Positions 36,880-37,355 of a stretch of DNA of 37,355 nucleotides are shown in pieces (positions within the stretch are counted from its first letter, which is position 1; the number at the start of each line of letters is the position of its first letter). The notes below the pieces were generated by a model. It was not told the DNA's origin. It did not search any database and saw only the letters and a program-made list of their open reading frames with translations. Position numbers and translations under genes: made by a program. The stretch is from Chiloscyllium plagiosum (taxonomy: Eukaryota). Where the stretch lies: NCBI RefSeq assembly GCF_004010195.1, contig NC_057718.1, forward strand, positions 42,754,902 to 42,792,256, in the 5' to 3' direction.

Positions 36880-37196
36880 GGCATTCAAGAGACACAGAAT
36901 GTAATGGTTAGTAGATTTAAAGAAGTGATTAGTAGAATCAGTCAGATAGATGGGTAACTGCAGGAATAGGTAAGAAGGTATTTCAGAAGTCTCCTGTGGC
37001 TATTCCTCTCTCAACTGGTATTCCGTTTGGGTACTGTTGAAAGGGATAATCTCTCTGAGGAAAATAGAAGTTGCATTTAGATCTTGGGCACTAAGAACGA
37101 ATTTTGTGTTAAACTGGGTTTGTCAAGATTTAAAAGAACATTTGTTATAAGGGGCACAGATAGAATATTCTACAGCCAAGACTGTAAATCCAAGAT
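36880..37196 (+). mobile_element. CR1 ORF1 fragment
   Basis: gatagatgggtaact, ctgtggctattcctctctca and VIRGTDRIFYSQDCKSKM parallel 16440-16790. Confidence 0.7.
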
Positions 37197-37355
37197 GCTG
37201 AAAATGTGTTGCTGGAAAAGCGCAGCAGGTCAGGCAGCATCCAGGGAACAGGAGAATCGACGTTTCGGGCATAAGCCCTTCTTCAGGAATGAGGAAAGTT
37301 TGTCCAGCAGGCTAAGATAAAAGGTAGGGAGGAGGGACTTGGGGGAGGGGAGTCG
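37197..37355 (-). mobile_element. Young Penelope-like element pLTR running off the window end, with hammerhead motif at 37259-37286 (-)
   Basis: 37197-37289 is nearly identical to 20612-20704, then continues into the element body (gaggaaagtttgtccagcagg...). Confidence 0.85.

Noticed and set aside
1..37355. CRISPR array, retron or other prokaryotic RT/defence system
   Set aside because: No repeat-spacer periodicity or operon structure. All RT motifs belong to decayed eukaryotic retroelements.

Overview
This is eukaryotic, AT-rich, repeat-dense non-coding DNA. The repeat content (HE1-type tRNA SINEs, HER1/CR1 LINEs, Penelope-like elements) points to an elasmobranch (shark) genome; that assignment is an inference. 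I see no intact protein-coding gene, no operon, CRISPR array or prokaryotic system. ORFs in the track are either decayed retroelement fragments or probably spurious. Main contents: a decayed 3.8 kb CR1/HER1 LINE with an esterase-type ORF1 and EN/RT ORF2; fragments of two other CR1-group families; an RTE 3' end; a Penelope RT relic; three HE1 SINEs; an old Deu-type SINE; a TA-flanked MITE; a poly(A) retro-insertion with a 12 bp TSD; and a putative solo LTR. The most interesting signal is a set of short fold-back (inverted pLTR) Penelope insertions from about three families that carry minimal hammerhead-ribozyme motifs. One is a near-perfect 196 bp palindrome with a 13 bp TSD that encodes a hammerhead on each strand. 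In six insertions the + strand arm begins only 1-4 nt upstream of the hammerhead core. Repeat-poor blocks and a few splice-signal clusters suggest a long intron or gene desert. Family names come from recalled similarity, not database searches, and many boundaries are approximate.
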